The notes under the pieces are model-generated. The model did no database searches, was not told the DNA's origin, and saw only the letters and a list, made by a program, of their open reading frames with translations. A stretch of DNA of 64,000 nt from Octopus bimaculoides (taxonomy: Eukaryota): assembly GCF_001194135.2 (NCBI RefSeq), contig NC_068994.1, positions 3,409,751 to 3,473,750 on the forward strand, read 5' to 3'. Shown one piece after another: positions 10,505-23,538 of the stretch. A program made the translations under genes and the position numbers. How positions within the stretch are numbered: position 1 is the first letter of the stretch; each line of letters starts with the position of its first letter.

Positions 10505-12280
10505 TGAGCTAACCTGCTAAAAACAGCAGCCAAACTTCCTTCAAACCACATTTACCCGTCTTCAGGAAAGAGGAGGGAAGCAATATATATCAGAAAATGG
10601 TAGTCATCGATATCTCTGCCAACAGATGGCATGGTCACGGTTGGAATACTCGATCAGGCTTGACCTGGGACTAAACAACGGCCAGTTCTATAAAAGGAAG
10701 ACCACATTCGCTCCAACCGTGATCCCCGACGATACAACTGGTACTTATTTTTACCGAGATCAGGCGGTACAGATGTACTAACTTTACTGACACGTTGAGA
10801 GGAGTTGGTCCATACATAGTTAATTAGTCTGCTAGAAATAACTGCTAAATTTCCCTCAAATCACACTCTTATGATCTTAGAAAAATGAAAGACACGCTGG
10901 ACAATATATATATATACACACATATACACAGATGGGTTGTCGTGGTTGGAACATCTTTGATCGATAGGTCTACTCCTCCAAGACTTACCTGGTGCGTAGC
11001 AACAACTTCTTTTCATTAGACACAAGGCTAATGGAGGAGTGGTGCTAGTTGAATGAACTTCAGTGTATCACTGGTATTCTACACTGTGATTATATACATT
11101 TTCTCAATAGACAAAAAGGCGGATGTATATACACACACACAGTGAGGGAGAGAGAGAGAGAGAATGAGAGGTAGATAGAGAGAGATAAGATTTTACATCT
11201 TTTAATCTTTTCACCAGAGAAGTTTCGTATCGAAAAACCGAAAATGAACCAGGATATGCAGGGAAATGTAGTCCCTCATATATATAAATAGATGGGATGG
11301 TCAAAGCTGGAACGTTTTTCCTCCCCGGGTTGTTTGGCGACGACTGACCTAGGGCTTAAACGTCAGCGAATTGAAACTAAAACGAGTTAACAAGGTAGCT
11401 CCTATGTGGTCACTCAAGATGCTAGAAATAGCAGCTAAATCTTCCTCTATTAACGCCATACCGTCTTTATTTGACAATGTAATAAACTGACATAGAAAAG
11501 AACAGGATAGTTACGGATGGGGCGTTTTTGATGGAAGATTTGCTCAATAGAATAAAGTACCAGTGAAAAACCGTGGTCGATTTAATATTTCTATAAGTAT
11601 TCGAGAGGTGGATGGAATTATATAAGGGTAAGACTGAGCTGGGGTTCAACAACAACAACAACAACAACAATTGAAAATAAAAATTTTAAAAACAGGATAT
11701 TGCAATGTTGGGATACAAAAAATAATGAAATTATTTAACTATCATTCGACCCTGTTTATCGTCAAACCAGGCAACTGGTCTTTTTCCTCGACATAGAAAT
11801 CCTCTTCACACATCCACTTGCATCCCGCCTACAATAAGAGAAAAAAAATATCTTCCTCGAGACAGGCCGCTACATCTTTCGCGTGTGTCTTCGAGCGGGA
11901 TTTGAAGAAGTCTGTGAATTGATGCGTTAAGAGAAGCATGTAACAGACTTTATTTTCGTTAACTTTGTTGCCAATCATTTTTATGGAACCGTAATAGTTG
12001 TCTACAGGAATAGACATCATCCCCAAACCCGACCCACGTCAACTGTCCTTGTTTGAAGGACGGCGGAGGCGCTCCTCGATGTGATCGCTCGACATCTCTA
12101 AAAGTAGCAACCAAATCACCCTCTACTGTCCTTTACAAAAAATGTAGGACAATGCATAATGTAGTCTTAGAGACACTGGTTTATAAAATACGGGATGGTC
12201 ATGGCTGGAACACCTTTGATCAGAGGTCTGCTCGATCATCCCTGATGTAGTTAGATAGCAATATCAACAAACTTGCTTTA
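10505..12280 (+). mobile_element. Cluster of about 5 same-orientation copies of interspersed repeat family D
   Basis: Core TGCTAGAAATAGCAGCCAAA...GATGGGATGGTCA(T/C)GGCTGGAA...(CAA)n at about 10505, 10800, 11250, 11390 and 12085. Other copies at about 9660(-), 17355-17545(-), 17900-18200(-), 26965-27230(+), 40425-40610(+), 43060-43150(-), 54410-54580(-) and 60560-61050. Confidence 0.7.
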
Positions 12281-12527
12281 TAGGACTGAACGGGCGGAAG
12301 GGGAAATGGTGTCTACATCGTCTGGTTAATTACATTTTATAAAATTAACAGTATTTCAGGTGTAATGTCAATGCTTTAACAGAAAAATATTTCGAAACTG
12401 CCATTTTTGTGGAATTAAATATGTAAATTATTCCCGTGAAATTGCTGAGGTTGATATAATCGTCTCGGCCCACCCACAAACTGTGTGACCCCGTGACGAA
12501 ATCAAAAACCACTTTTATTAATATTAA

Positions 12528-12738
12528 GGCGGCGAGCTGGCAGAATTGTAAGCGCGACGGAAGAAATACCTAGCGGTATTTCTTCCGGCTCTACGTTCTG
12601 AGATCAAATCCCGCCGAAATAGACTTTGCCTTTCATCCTTTCGGGATCGATTAAATAAAATACTTGAGAGCTAGAGTCGGTGTTATCGACTTACCCATTC
12701 CCACGAAAATTGCAGGCCTTGTGCCAAATTTTGAAGGA
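12528..12738 (+). mobile_element. tRNA-derived SINE family B, full-length copy
   Basis: Head GGCGGCGAGCTGGCAGAA, B-box-like GAGATCAAATCC, 3' GGCCTTGTGCCAAATTTTGAA. Further copies at about 2052-2250(-), 12770-12950(+), 17700-17770(-), 36680-36865(-), 44335-44480(-), 46960-47095(-) and 47730-47835(+). Confidence 0.8.
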
Positions 12739-13316
12739 ATTATGAAATCTTTCTGCTTTTTGCATTTCATGATTGTACAACGCTTCGCGGTGTTTAGTTT
12801 CATGCACTCACGTTCAAATCCCGCCAGGGCCAACTTTTCTATTCACCCAGCCGGAGCAGATAAAATAGGTGCCCAATTACGTGTACTGGGGTAAGATTCA
12901 AGCAATTACACCCTCACCTGAAATGTCCGGCTTTCTGTCTGTGTATGAAATCACGAATACTAGAAGCAGTAGCTGATAGAATAAGGACAGTTGAGGGCAA
13001 AATATTTTGGGGTTTTCCGTTATTTCTTCGTCCCCAGTTCAATTTCAACCATGGACAAAATAGGGTGACACCTACACAACCTCTTGAAATTTGCAGCTTT
13101 CTCTATTGCATCTAATCCTCATCACTAACATTATAATCGTTATCTTTTCAGACATTGGCATAGACTCACATTGATTAACTTATTATCATTATTATCCGAT
13201 AAAATTAAAAAAGGAAAACAAACAGAAATACGAGAAAGAAAGCAGGATCAAATATTAAAGGTTAAAAAATGTATAACTTTAAGAAAGAATAGCAAAAACA
13301 CACACACACATATACG

Positions 13317-13349
<33 letters not shown>

Positions 13350-13359
13350 NNNNNNNNNN

Positions 13360-13399
<40 letters not shown>

Positions 13400-13580
13400 T
13401 ATCTATATATATATATATTGATCAATATTAACTCTTTAGCAAAGTTTAGACTGTCTACTTACCAAGTTGCGCTTGTACAGGAAAATGTTGACAGAACTTA
13501 GCGATGTGTATATATGTGTGTGTGTGTGATGCCTCTTTAAACGATGCACTTCATATGGTTTATGTGTGTCCAGTTACTAC

Positions 13581-13623
<43 letters not shown>

Positions 13624-14282
13624 GAGCACTATACAATATAGAAATACTAATGAATGAATAAGATCTTATAAAGCAGTTTTTATCGTTGTTTTGTTCTGAC
13701 GATGGCAAGAGAGCGTGAGATGTAAAACAAACAGACGGTGTGATCCAGAAATGTTGTCCTGCGCCCGGTGGAGGAGCAGGACTCAGACAGGCATTAATCA
13801 AGTGCCCACACCTTCTTCTTCTTCTTCTAGTGTTGTTGTTGTCATTGTGGCTCCATTTGGCTAGGAAAGTACAGGAAGTAGCAGTAGCAGCAGTGGCGAC
13901 AGTAGCAGCGACTAGCGGTGGCGGCTGAGAAACAAGAGGAGATAACCGCTAAGAAAAAGAGAGAGAGAGAGAGAGTCTTAGTCTTTATAATTCTGTTGAC
14001 GTCTATTTCTTTTTTTAATTATTTGTCCAGGAAACCCAGTCAGGTTTAGTACTTAAATATTCGCCGAATTACGACACAGTTTCCGTCTACCAAATTTCAG
14101 GCTCACGGTATTTAGTCCACCCGAAGCAAATTTCTAAACCACTCGCCCAACTTCCCAACTTGAGTCTAATTTTAGAGGCACAATGACAAAATCTTTGATA
14201 TTTGAAATATTCTTCAAGGTGATGGTCATCATGTGTATAACCAAAGTTTCGCTGGTCTGAAATAACCACAACAATATAAAGC

Positions 14283-14465
14283 ATCATCAACATCATCATT
14301 TAACGTCCGTTTTCCGTGCTGACATGGGTTGGATGATTTGACAAGAGCAGGCAAGGCAGAAGACTGCACCAGGTTCCTGTTGTCTGTTTTGGCATGGTTT
14401 CTATGGCTGGATGCCCTTTCTAACACCAACCACTTTACAGAGTGTACTGGGTGCTTTTTCACAAG
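14283..14465 (-). mobile_element. Retroposon family C (RTE-associated SINE or LINE 3' end) with an (ATG)n tail
   Basis: Core TTAGGAAGGGCATCCAGC...CCAACCCATGCCAGC...GACGTTAAATGATGATG. Copies at about 7890-8055, 23095-23215, 23700-23830, 27595-27770, 41390-41450, 47245-47600, 56820-56947, 58455-58648 and 63625-63690. Confidence 0.75.
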
Positions 14466-14819
14466 GGATTTTCTATGGGTAGGAGAGATTCTTGATGATA
14501 TTAAGGCTCAGCAATTCGAGTGATTCTGGAGCCCTGCTCATATTTAAAGCAGAGTAACATGGTATGGTGTAGTGTAGCAGTGTTCTTTTTTTTCTTTCTT
14601 TCTGTTAAAAGAGAAAGGTTGATAAGGCCCCACTGAAATATTCCCTCAAGGTTTCTATTTATTGGATCAATGCAGTTTTGGTGTCCTGTGTCTGGGCTGT
14701 GTGTGAATGATGCATGGTCAGAGGAAGTTAGGGATGAATGAAAGATTGTATCATCTGTGTGGATGTTGTTGGATGTAGCAGCAAATAGTTTATTAAATCT
14801 TAGAAAGAAGAGACGTGGC

Positions 14820-15330
14820 AACAAAAGCAAACCTCAGGGAACACCAGAGTTGGCTGCGAGAAAGACTTCCATCAATGCATGCTGCAATGGTGTGATCTGA
14901 TAGGGAACTACTGACCCAAGAGGTGAAAGATGGATGGAGCTTGTGGGGGGGGGGAGAAGTTTTGCTAAGAGATTCATATGCCAGACTTGGTCAAAGATTT
15001 CGTTGATGTCTAGGGAAACAACAATGCTTTCACTGAACCTCTCAAAAGTGAGAGCTCACTGGTGAGTGACACAAGTGAGTAAGTTTCCAGTAGACCTTGC
15101 TTTGTGGAAGCCATACTGGTGGTTACTGATAGAGAGGGAGAGAGAGAGAGAGAGAACATTATCATTGCCAGTCTCCATTACCTTGGAGATGTTGGAAGTG
15201 AGAATGGGGTTGGTGGCCTTTCTGCGAAATGGGACATACTGAAGTATGTTTCCAAATGTCAGGGTATATCTCCATAGAGATTAAGAGTTTAAAGATTTTG
15301 GTGAATATAGGAGCAGGTTCTGGAGTGGCA
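14820..15330 (-). mobile_element. Degenerate CR1/Jockey-clade LINE reverse-transcriptase fragment
   Basis: Minus-strand translation gives APIFTKIFKLLISMEIYPDIWKHTSVCPISQKG and NHQYGFHKARSTG...VSLDINEIFDQVWH, with stops and a (GA)n insertion. Confidence 0.8.
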
Positions 15331-16629
15331 TTGCTTAAGTGTAACTCCAGTTATGAGCTGACTCAGACAGTGAAAACATGTCCAAATCAGACCAGCAGGA
15401 AAAGCTCATAAGAAAAGGGATATTTTTTTTATTATTTATAAGCCAAATTTTTGATTTGGGTTACTTTCCAACACAATTCAGATGTTTTCTGTGCCTTTCT
15501 GAAATACATGTAAAAGTCCTGCCCTGAATATGAGGGGCTTAATAAACTAATAACATTCTTAATGTATTGAGTTCTGTTTATCCTGTTTGTTCTACCAAAT
15601 ATAAATATATGTGTTGTGTTTGTGTGTATAGATATATTCATTTATATCTTCAGACAATCAAACATTTTAATATCTTGCATTCAAGTCTACATCAAACAAT
15701 TGATGACAACACATTTGATGTCTTCTTTAGTGCAGAGCCAAGATTATCTCCCTTGACTTAAGAAACAGACAGAGAGGGAGAAAGCGTAAGAGACATAGGG
15801 AAACTGAAGGAGAAAGAGAGATTATAGAGAAAGAGGGGTACGAGGCTGAGTTATATAAACTCAGGGAAAGAGGGAAGGAGAGAAATAGGAACATAGAGAG
15901 AGAGTAGCAGTTGGCGTGTATCTCCTCCCCCTCCACCTTCAAAGCTGCGACCTAACACAAACACATATGTGCAGAAATAAGCAAACCTTTGATAGCACCA
16001 CTTCTAGCTCCGACAAACCCAATTATTCTTCATACATACCTTGTTATTTTGGTGAAGGCACACACCAAGGTAAGTATTCTTCCCTGCATCTTTTTCTAAT
16101 CGTCTTCCTATTATAATACCCACACCGATTCATTCTGCAACCACAGGACTCGGGGAAAGGTTCTTCGTCTACCATTGTTTCTAGAAATGAGATAATCCGC
16201 TTGTTTAAGCCTCTTTTCTTAAATCCTCTCTTTCCTCCGACAGAAACCCACGACAGGGCTTTGTGTTTGCTGTAAAGAAGAAGGAGAAATAGATTATTCT
16301 TAAATGAGGGATCAATGTGTAATAATGATAACCATGTAAATCGGTCACTGTTTTATGGCCATTCATGTACCTTCTTGACAAATGAGAATCAAACAAGTTT
16401 CTTTAGGTAAAAGCTTCCTATTATTCTTATTTTTCTTCCTCTTCCTATTCTCCTTATTCTTTTTCTTCCTAATCTTCTTTAACCCCAAACATATTTCGTC
16501 TTTTTGTGTATTTATGGGGGTTTCTTCACCATTAATTCAAGACCCTCGAATGATTATTCAAGTTTATTGTTTGTTTAATTCATTTCTGTGTCTGACGAGT
16601 CACAAAGACATTTCTAGCATGATGTATGC

Positions 16630-16694
<65 letters not shown>

Positions 16695-18323
16695 TAATTT
16701 ATGTGTGTGTGTAAACAACCTGAAAGAGACTAATGAAACACGTATAGACACATTTACCAGGAAAACATTTATATAAACAGAAACTTTGTGTATGTATCTA
16801 TGTTGTTTATATAATACGATGTACACATTTATGAGGATACATAAAATATATAAGCAGTATATAGACACACACACACATATATATATATACATATACACAT
16901 ATTCGTATACACACACACCGTAAAATTAGCGTCTGTGTCGTTCACTGTGTGTGTATGTATGCATTCATACATACACATTACTAATTAATTATCATTTTGC
17001 TTTAATTTTATTTACACATACTCTTGGTGTACACACACACACACACATACACACGTGTGTATAGGTGGGGGAGATGAACTGATCATAAGGTGACTAATAA
17101 CATTTTACATGCATACATACATACATACATACATACATACATACATAGTTGTGTGCTGAGCTAAGGGTATTTTTTTTATCCGCTTAAAGTCTAAAAGCTC
17201 ACATTAACTGACCACTTTGTGTGTGCTGCATCTTCTCTTCGTCTGTTAATATAACATCGTGTAAACAATGTATTATTGACCTGAAAATCCCCCAACAAAC
17301 CCAAGAGAAAACACCACCATCACCACCGCCAGTACTACTACTATTACTACTGTATGTGCTTGTTGTTTAGTCCCAGATCTGCCTCAGACCGAGCAGACCT
17401 ATGCTCAAGGCGTCCCATCCGTGGCGCTTCCGTCTTTTTTCTAGGCTCAGTTCACCTTGGACAACATTAACCAGTATGATCCTTTCTATTTTTAAAGGCG
17501 CTGGATGGGCGATTTGAGGTAGATTTGGCTGCGGGTGTGATGTGTGGTTTGTGTGTTCAGACTGTGTTCTGTTGCTCCGTATCCTTTACCACTGAACTAC
17601 AACATAAACCACAATGATTGTTGAATAATGATGTTGTTTATACCATGACAAAGTCACTACAATTTGTGCAATCATCTTTCAACCATTAAACCATTAGATC
17701 AGTAATAATAATAGTTTCAAATTCTGCCACAAGGGCAGCAATTTTGTGGGGGAAGGGATGAGTCGATTATATACACTCATATATATACATATACTGTTAC
17801 TCAGAGTTTCACGTTCCCGTGTATATACACACATATATATATGTATGTTTATACATATGTATATATATGCATGTTTATACATATATATGTATGTATATAC
17901 ACTATTCAGGCATAGTATATCTAGGACTACATTATCTAATGTTAGTAATAGTGATGGTGGTGTTATTTCAGTGTCAAGTTATTTGTGTACCTTGGACTGC
18001 ATTATTCAATGTGTCCTTTGTCGTTTTTGTTCAGCCCGAGGTGAATCAAAGGCATTCCAACCATGGCCAACCATATTTAGGATTATATTATCTGATGTGT
18101 TCTGCTATTTTTTAAGATTGGAGGGTGTGATTTTATAGTGATGTGGCTGCTATTTCTAGCCAATTGACTGGCTACTTAGAAGCCTCTTCATTGACAAAGT
18201 TGTTTGGTAATGAGTGCAATGTAATTAGATATTTGTTAACCCTCTTAATATAGTTTATGTTGTATACTCAATTAAAGTTTAAATATTTTTGATAATGCTC
18301 TTGTTTCTCTTTGTTTTTTCCAG

Positions 18324-18358
18324 ATATTAAAACTTGGAGTACTGAACTGACTGTACTT
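18324..18358 (+). other. Candidate 35-nt non-coding 5' UTR exon of ZNF2
   Basis: Strong acceptor ttgtttctctttgttttttccAG (ends 18323) and donor CTT|GTGAGT at 18359, 566 nt upstream of the coding-exon acceptor. Splice-signal inference only. Confidence 0.5.
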
Positions 18359-18946
18359 GTGAGTACATTGGAAAGATTTCCTTGAATAACCTCCGTTAGA
18401 GATTAATGACTCTTCATAAGAAACATTTCAAAACTGTCCTTCAATGACAAACAGGCTTTTGGTTTTCATTTCAAGTCTGCTACCTCTTCCCAACAAAAGC
18501 CTCTGCTCTCCACTTTGCTGATATTTATATCTATTTATCGCTCTCTCTACATACGTGTGTGTGTGCACATACTTTATTACAACTGGAGGATGGCATAAGA
18601 ACTCTCTGAAGAAACAAAAAAACCCAGACAAAAGTGTATTCTTTAAGCTTATCAATTGTTTGAAATGGGAAATATTTGGAGAGAGTATCAACAAATTACT
18701 CGCGTCATTTCAAATATTGTTGAGGACAAAGTCAGAAACTAAATCTATTGGTGAGAAAGTCCAGTAAGAAAGCAAAGAAGCCTGGATAATTATTATTATT
18801 ATTTGTTTACGACTTTATATAAATCTTTGTTTGAATTCAGAAACACGGGAATATATTGAAATAAGACCACGTGGATTACAGTGGATTAAATAAGACTACT
18901 GCCATTCTCTTCCTGCTCATCCAGTTTGGATTATGTGTAAAGAGCC

Positions 18947-20515
18947 ATGTATTCTGTACAGTCTATGGCGTTTCCACAAGCTTTTCCTCAAAATGACTTG
19001 CATCACCACCATCATCATCATCACCACCAGCCACAACAGTTGAAAGTGAACTTGAAACAACCTGTCCCACAACAACAACAGCAACCACCACCACAACCAC
19101 AACAACCACCACCACCACCACCACCACAGCAACCACAACCAACACTACCACTTCAAACATCAACTATCATAGCTCAAGGAATTTCCAGCTCTGTCCCCGC
19201 TGTGTCTTCAGCCAACCATCAACATGTAAACAACAGCAGCAACAGTGCCACAAGTAAGAAACCATTCAAGTGTGACATCTGCCGGAAAGCCTTTTCTCGC
19301 AGAGCAAACTTGGACCATCATGAAAATGCCCCTGCGACAGAAAAGCATTTCAGTTGTGGCTATTGTTTCAAGGCGTTTTCACAGAGAGACAAGTTGAAGA
19401 GTCACCAAGCTATTCACACGGGAGAGAGAAACTTCCACTGCGACATTTGCCAGAAGTCGTTCACGCAGAAAGATCACCTCAACAACCACTCGCGGACACA
19501 CAGTGGTCATCGGCCTTTTAAATGTCAGGTTTGCTCGAAGGCTTTTTCACAGCGGGCTCATTTGAAAAACCATCATCGCATACACACTGGCGAGAAGCCA
19601 TTTCACTGCACCTTCTGTGGCAAAGGGTTTAGCCAAAGTGCACATCTTGCTAAGCACGAACGAGTGCATACTGGTCTCAGGCCATTCAGCTGTGCCTACT
19701 GTGGCAAATCATTTGCACAGCGCAGCAACTTGGACAACCACGAGCGCATCCACACTGGCTTGAAACCCTATCACTGTGGTGTGTGTTCCAAGTCTTTTGC
19801 TCAGCGAGATCATCTAAACAACCATGAACGTATTCACAGTGGTGAGAGACCATACAGGTGCACCACTTGCTCCAAGTCGTTTGCACAGCGTGCACATCTC
19901 AACAACCACAAGCGCATCCACAGCGGCGAGAAACCCTACACATGCTTGATCTGTCAGAAGTCATTCTCGCAGCGAGCTAATCTGAAAAAGCACGAACGCA
20001 CACACACTTCGGAAGACATTCAGAAAGCATCATCATCACAGTCAACTGCAGAAAACACCACAGCCTCAGTTGTTGACATGAATTCAACACCAGCACCAGC
20101 ACCAGCTTCCACTACGCCTTCATCACAACAACAAACAGTTCACACTCTTAATGTGTCTCCTGCCTCTTCAGCTTCGTTAATGATGAGTGCATCACCTTGT
20201 TGTGCCTCATCGTTTTCCACACACCCTCAGGATCCCCATCTGCATCCCCATCAAGTGATGGTGCCAGACAGACTGTCAAACAGCTACTGTTGGTCTCGTG
20301 GCTTTCCTGTCACTGCCTGGAGTGATAGCCCTGCCGTGCCAACAGTCCCCGCCGGCAGTGTGTTTCCTTGCAATGGCGGCATTGTTGGAGTGCACAGTAG
20401 CGGTGTGGGGGTGGTGTGTAGTGCTGGAACTGGCTGCAACAGCCAACACCCAAATAAACATGGAATACAACTGGATCTCAATAAACCCAATTCTCATCAT
20501 AAAGGAAAGCATTAG
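18947..20515 (+). CDS. C2H2 zinc-finger protein ZNF2, 522 aa (1 atypical + 8 canonical fingers; polyH/Q/P N-terminus), paralogue of ZNF1
   Basis: Intact ORF with GCC-ATG. Pyrimidine-rich acceptor ttctcttcctgctcatccAG at 18923-18924 and an in-frame upstream TAA. Eight canonical fingers with TGEKP-like linkers. AATAAA at 20650-20655. Confidence 0.95.
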   Translation: MYSVQSMAFPQAFPQNDLHHHHHHHHHQPQQLKVNLKQPVPQQQQQPPPQPQQPPPPPPPQQPQPTLPLQTSTIIAQGISSSVPAVSSANHQHVNNSSNSATSKKPFKCDICRKAFSRRANLDHHENAPATEKHFSCGYCFKAFSQRDKLKSHQAIHTGERNFHCDICQKSFTQKDHLNNHSRTHSGHRPFKCQVCSKAFSQRAHLKNHHRIHTGEKPFHCTFCGKGFSQSAHLAKHERVHTGLRPFSCAYCGKSFAQRSNLDNHERIHTGLKPYHCGVCSKSFAQRDHLNNHERIHSGERPYRCTTCSKSFAQRAHLNNHKRIHSGEKPYTCLICQKSFSQRANLKKHERTHTSEDIQKASSSQSTAENTTASVVDMNSTPAPAPASTTPSSQQQTVHTLNVSPASSASLMMSASPCCASSFSTHPQDPHLHPHQVMVPDRLSNSYCWSRGFPVTAWSDSPAVPTVPAGSVFPCNGGIVGVHSSGVGVVCSAGTGCNSQHPNKHGIQLDLNKPNSHHKGKH

Positions 20516-21197
20516 AAAAATGTTAGTACAAAGGATAAACTGTACAACTCCTTGTCACAGTGTAACAGTAACACGGAATTTTATAAAAAAAGACCCACTC
20601 TATGTGACGTAAGACTGCAATGTGTCATATCAGTATTATGACTTCACACAATAAATTTAGTTACACTGTGACAGGCATAAAACTGTTGTTACATTGTGAC
20701 AGAAAATCACCACAACTATGTATAACAGTGTACCATGGTAGACAAAAAGCATTGTACCAAGGTGCTGGTTGGAATAACAGTCAGGATATAATTATAGAAT
20801 GAATCCATGTAAATCTGATTTTATGTCAGCTGACATAACTGTGTAACAGTGTATCATCACTGAACAGGCCAGTGTATTACGTTACAGCAAGGCATTGTAA
20901 CTGTGTGTATGTCACCACAGCAGAGTATTCGTATCAGAGACAGTGTATGGATATATATATGAATTATATATGACAGGAGAGTGTAGCACAGGTGACAAGA
21001 TGAAGGCCACAACACTGGATATGTGACAGCACCAAGGTGCCTGCATTCACATCCAGACATCCTGTGATAGATATCTTTCTCCCCCTCTTGCACACAGCAC
21101 TCCAGATACATCAGAACATCTATAGCATTCTTGAATCTGGATCAGACAAAACCAACTGTATGTGAGTAGTCTCTGATCACGTGTGGCATTGCATAGG

Positions 21198-21540
21198 CAG
21201 TTGAGATATGTCACAGCATACAACTGTGACTGGTAGAGGGTTAGAACATGTCGTAAGGTAAAACTGACTGGTAGAGGGTTGAGACATGTTGCAGTGTACA
21301 CCTATGACAGGTGGACAGATGGGAGGGAGGTTAAGACATGTCATAGTGTACAGCTGTGACTGGTAGAGGGTTGAGACGTGTCACTACATCTGTGACTGGT
21401 GGTGAGTGAGGTGTGATAATGTGAAATTGGCTGGGAGAGAGTTGAGACATGTCACAGTAAACAACTGGCTGATAGAAAGTTAAGACCTGTCATGTAAAAC
21501 TAACTGGCAGAGGATTGAGACTTGTCACAGTGACTGGTAC
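21198..21540 (+). repeat. Degenerate ~40-bp minisatellite (about 8-9 units) containing a GTCACAG-loop-CTGTGAC hairpin
   Basis: Consensus approximately GTTGAGACATGTCACAGTGTACAACTGTGACTGGTAGAGG, read by eye. Confidence 0.75.
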
Positions 21541-22318
21541 AGGGCTCAAATTAAAACTGGAAGAAGGGATTCTATTTTTGTTGTTTCATTTAGTTACTGT
21601 TTATTTCTTACCATCCAACAGAAGTTCAATGCCCTAATTTGAGTCATCAGAATGGTTTTCAATTGAATTGATTTTGGATTTGATCACAAGGACTGTGCTT
21701 TGGCCAGGTTTGGGAGAGCAATCTGCATTCCATTCAGAATATTGTTCCATGTTCAAATTACTATTCATTGTAACCTCATACCATCCACCATTATCTGATC
21801 TCACACCAATCACACCATCTATTATTTTCTGATCTCACATCTGTCATAACCATCCATCATTCTGTGACAACTTCCAATTCGCTGTCAGTGGCAGAGTTTG
21901 ACATCCAGAGTTGTCGACCCTTAGTCATATCCTACAAAAACCTGGTCATCCTGGCACTTTGCATCCTCCTCTTTCACAAAGGGCCGGCTGCTCTTTTTGA
22001 CCATTTATGGTAATCTGTTGGTTTCCACTTCACTTTTACCAGGTTTCCCATCTCAACTATAACCCTGTCACTTTTTCACCCACCTCATCAGTCATCATTC
22101 CAATGTGGTCATGTGATCCAGTCACTCACCTCACCACACAGGAAACCATTTTGGTGTTTTTGAAAGAAATCCTCTTTTCTTTCTCTTTCTAGCCCATGAT
22201 CGTGCTTTCTTCCTCTTGTCATTTCTATTTGAACCTGAAACCACAGACATGGAGCAGGGATCCCTTATCTCCCTCATTCATCTTATTGTTCTTGAGATTG
22301 AGTTACAAAACTGTGTTG

Positions 22319-22500
22319 AGTGGGGACATCAACTCAACTTCCATTTTCAGTGGAATTATCAACTTTAATCTCCAGTCTCAAGTGGAATCCTAGTTTAACT
22401 CCAGATTTCAGTGACACAATGAGCTCAACTCCAAGCATAGCTGAGACATCAGTTTAACTCCGGACTATGTTAAATGGAATCTTCCAGCTTGACTCTAAAT
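22319..22500 (+). repeat. Degenerate ~30-bp minisatellite, about 6 units
   Basis: Recurring GTGGAAT..TCAG(T/C)T(T/C)AACTCCA. Confidence 0.55.
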
Positions 22501-23246
22501 TAACACTTCGCTTGTCAGTCCCTTTTTTTTTTTCAAACACCCCTCTATGCCACATACTAAATAAAGAAAATGAAGACATTTATTTTTGCTGTTGACTCTT
22601 CATTTTGTTTTTGTTGTTGTGTATATAGATCTTATCACTGACCACTCATTTGTGAAGTAGGAGTGGACCCATTTTGTCAGCCAGGTAGTCTGAAGCCAGC
22701 AGATTATAGCCATAATAGTAACGTTTGAATTTTTCCCTATCAAAGTCTATCAGTAGTTCAGCCTCTTAACTCATTTGTTTCTGTATCTCTGTCAGAATAC
22801 ATTGACTTTAATTCAATGAATTTTGAAGAAAAATCTAGCAAAATAACTGTCTTTATTAAGCTGAATATTGTAACATAAATTAACGTGAAATTCTGATGGA
22901 AAGTTTAAATTTAAATCACTTCAAGACAAGAAGTTTGTATCATAGAACCAGGAATGGGCTCAGGTAGATTGGTACAAAAAGGATAAAATAACTTCTACTT
23001 TAACATTTAGATTACTCTGTCAAATGTAATGTTTATTTATTCACATTGGTTTATATTTAATTATGCAGCATGTAATTAATTAATTAATGTAATTTAATTA
23101 TGGTAGCATGTAAAAAGCACCATCCAATCGTGATCGATGCCAGCCCCTCTGGCATGTAAAAAGCAGCCACTGCACTCTCGGAGTGGTTGGCATTAGGAAG
23201 GGCATCCAGCTGTAGAATATATATATATATATATATGCGCACATGT

Positions 23247-23450
23247 GTGGCTATGTGGTAAGAAGCTTGCTTTCCAACTATGTGGTTTGGGGTTCAATCC
23301 CACTGCATGGCATCTTGGGCAAGTGTCTTCTACAATAGCCCCTGGTTGACCAAAGACTTGAGTGAATTTTGTGGACAAAAGCTGAAAGAAGCTTGTTGTG
23401 TGTACATACATATGTACTTGCATGTGTGTGTGTATTTTTTTCTGTGTCCC
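23247..23450 (+). mobile_element. SINE family A, 5' portion
   Basis: GTGGCTATGTGGTAAGAAGCTTGC...GGGTTCAATCCCACTGC matches 5204-5340. Confidence 0.75.
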
Positions 23451-23538
23451 TGCCTTGACTTTATGTGATAGTAGTAAATGAGTGTCACCATTTTTCCAGT
23501 TGTCTTTCATCACCAGTCTTGTGTGGAAGCACGTCTGG

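Noticed and set aside
21540-21646. Possible ~100-bp MITE (CAGGGCTCAAATTA...TAATTTGAGTC)
   Set aside because: Only a 10/11-bp inverted match, an incomplete right end and no TSD.
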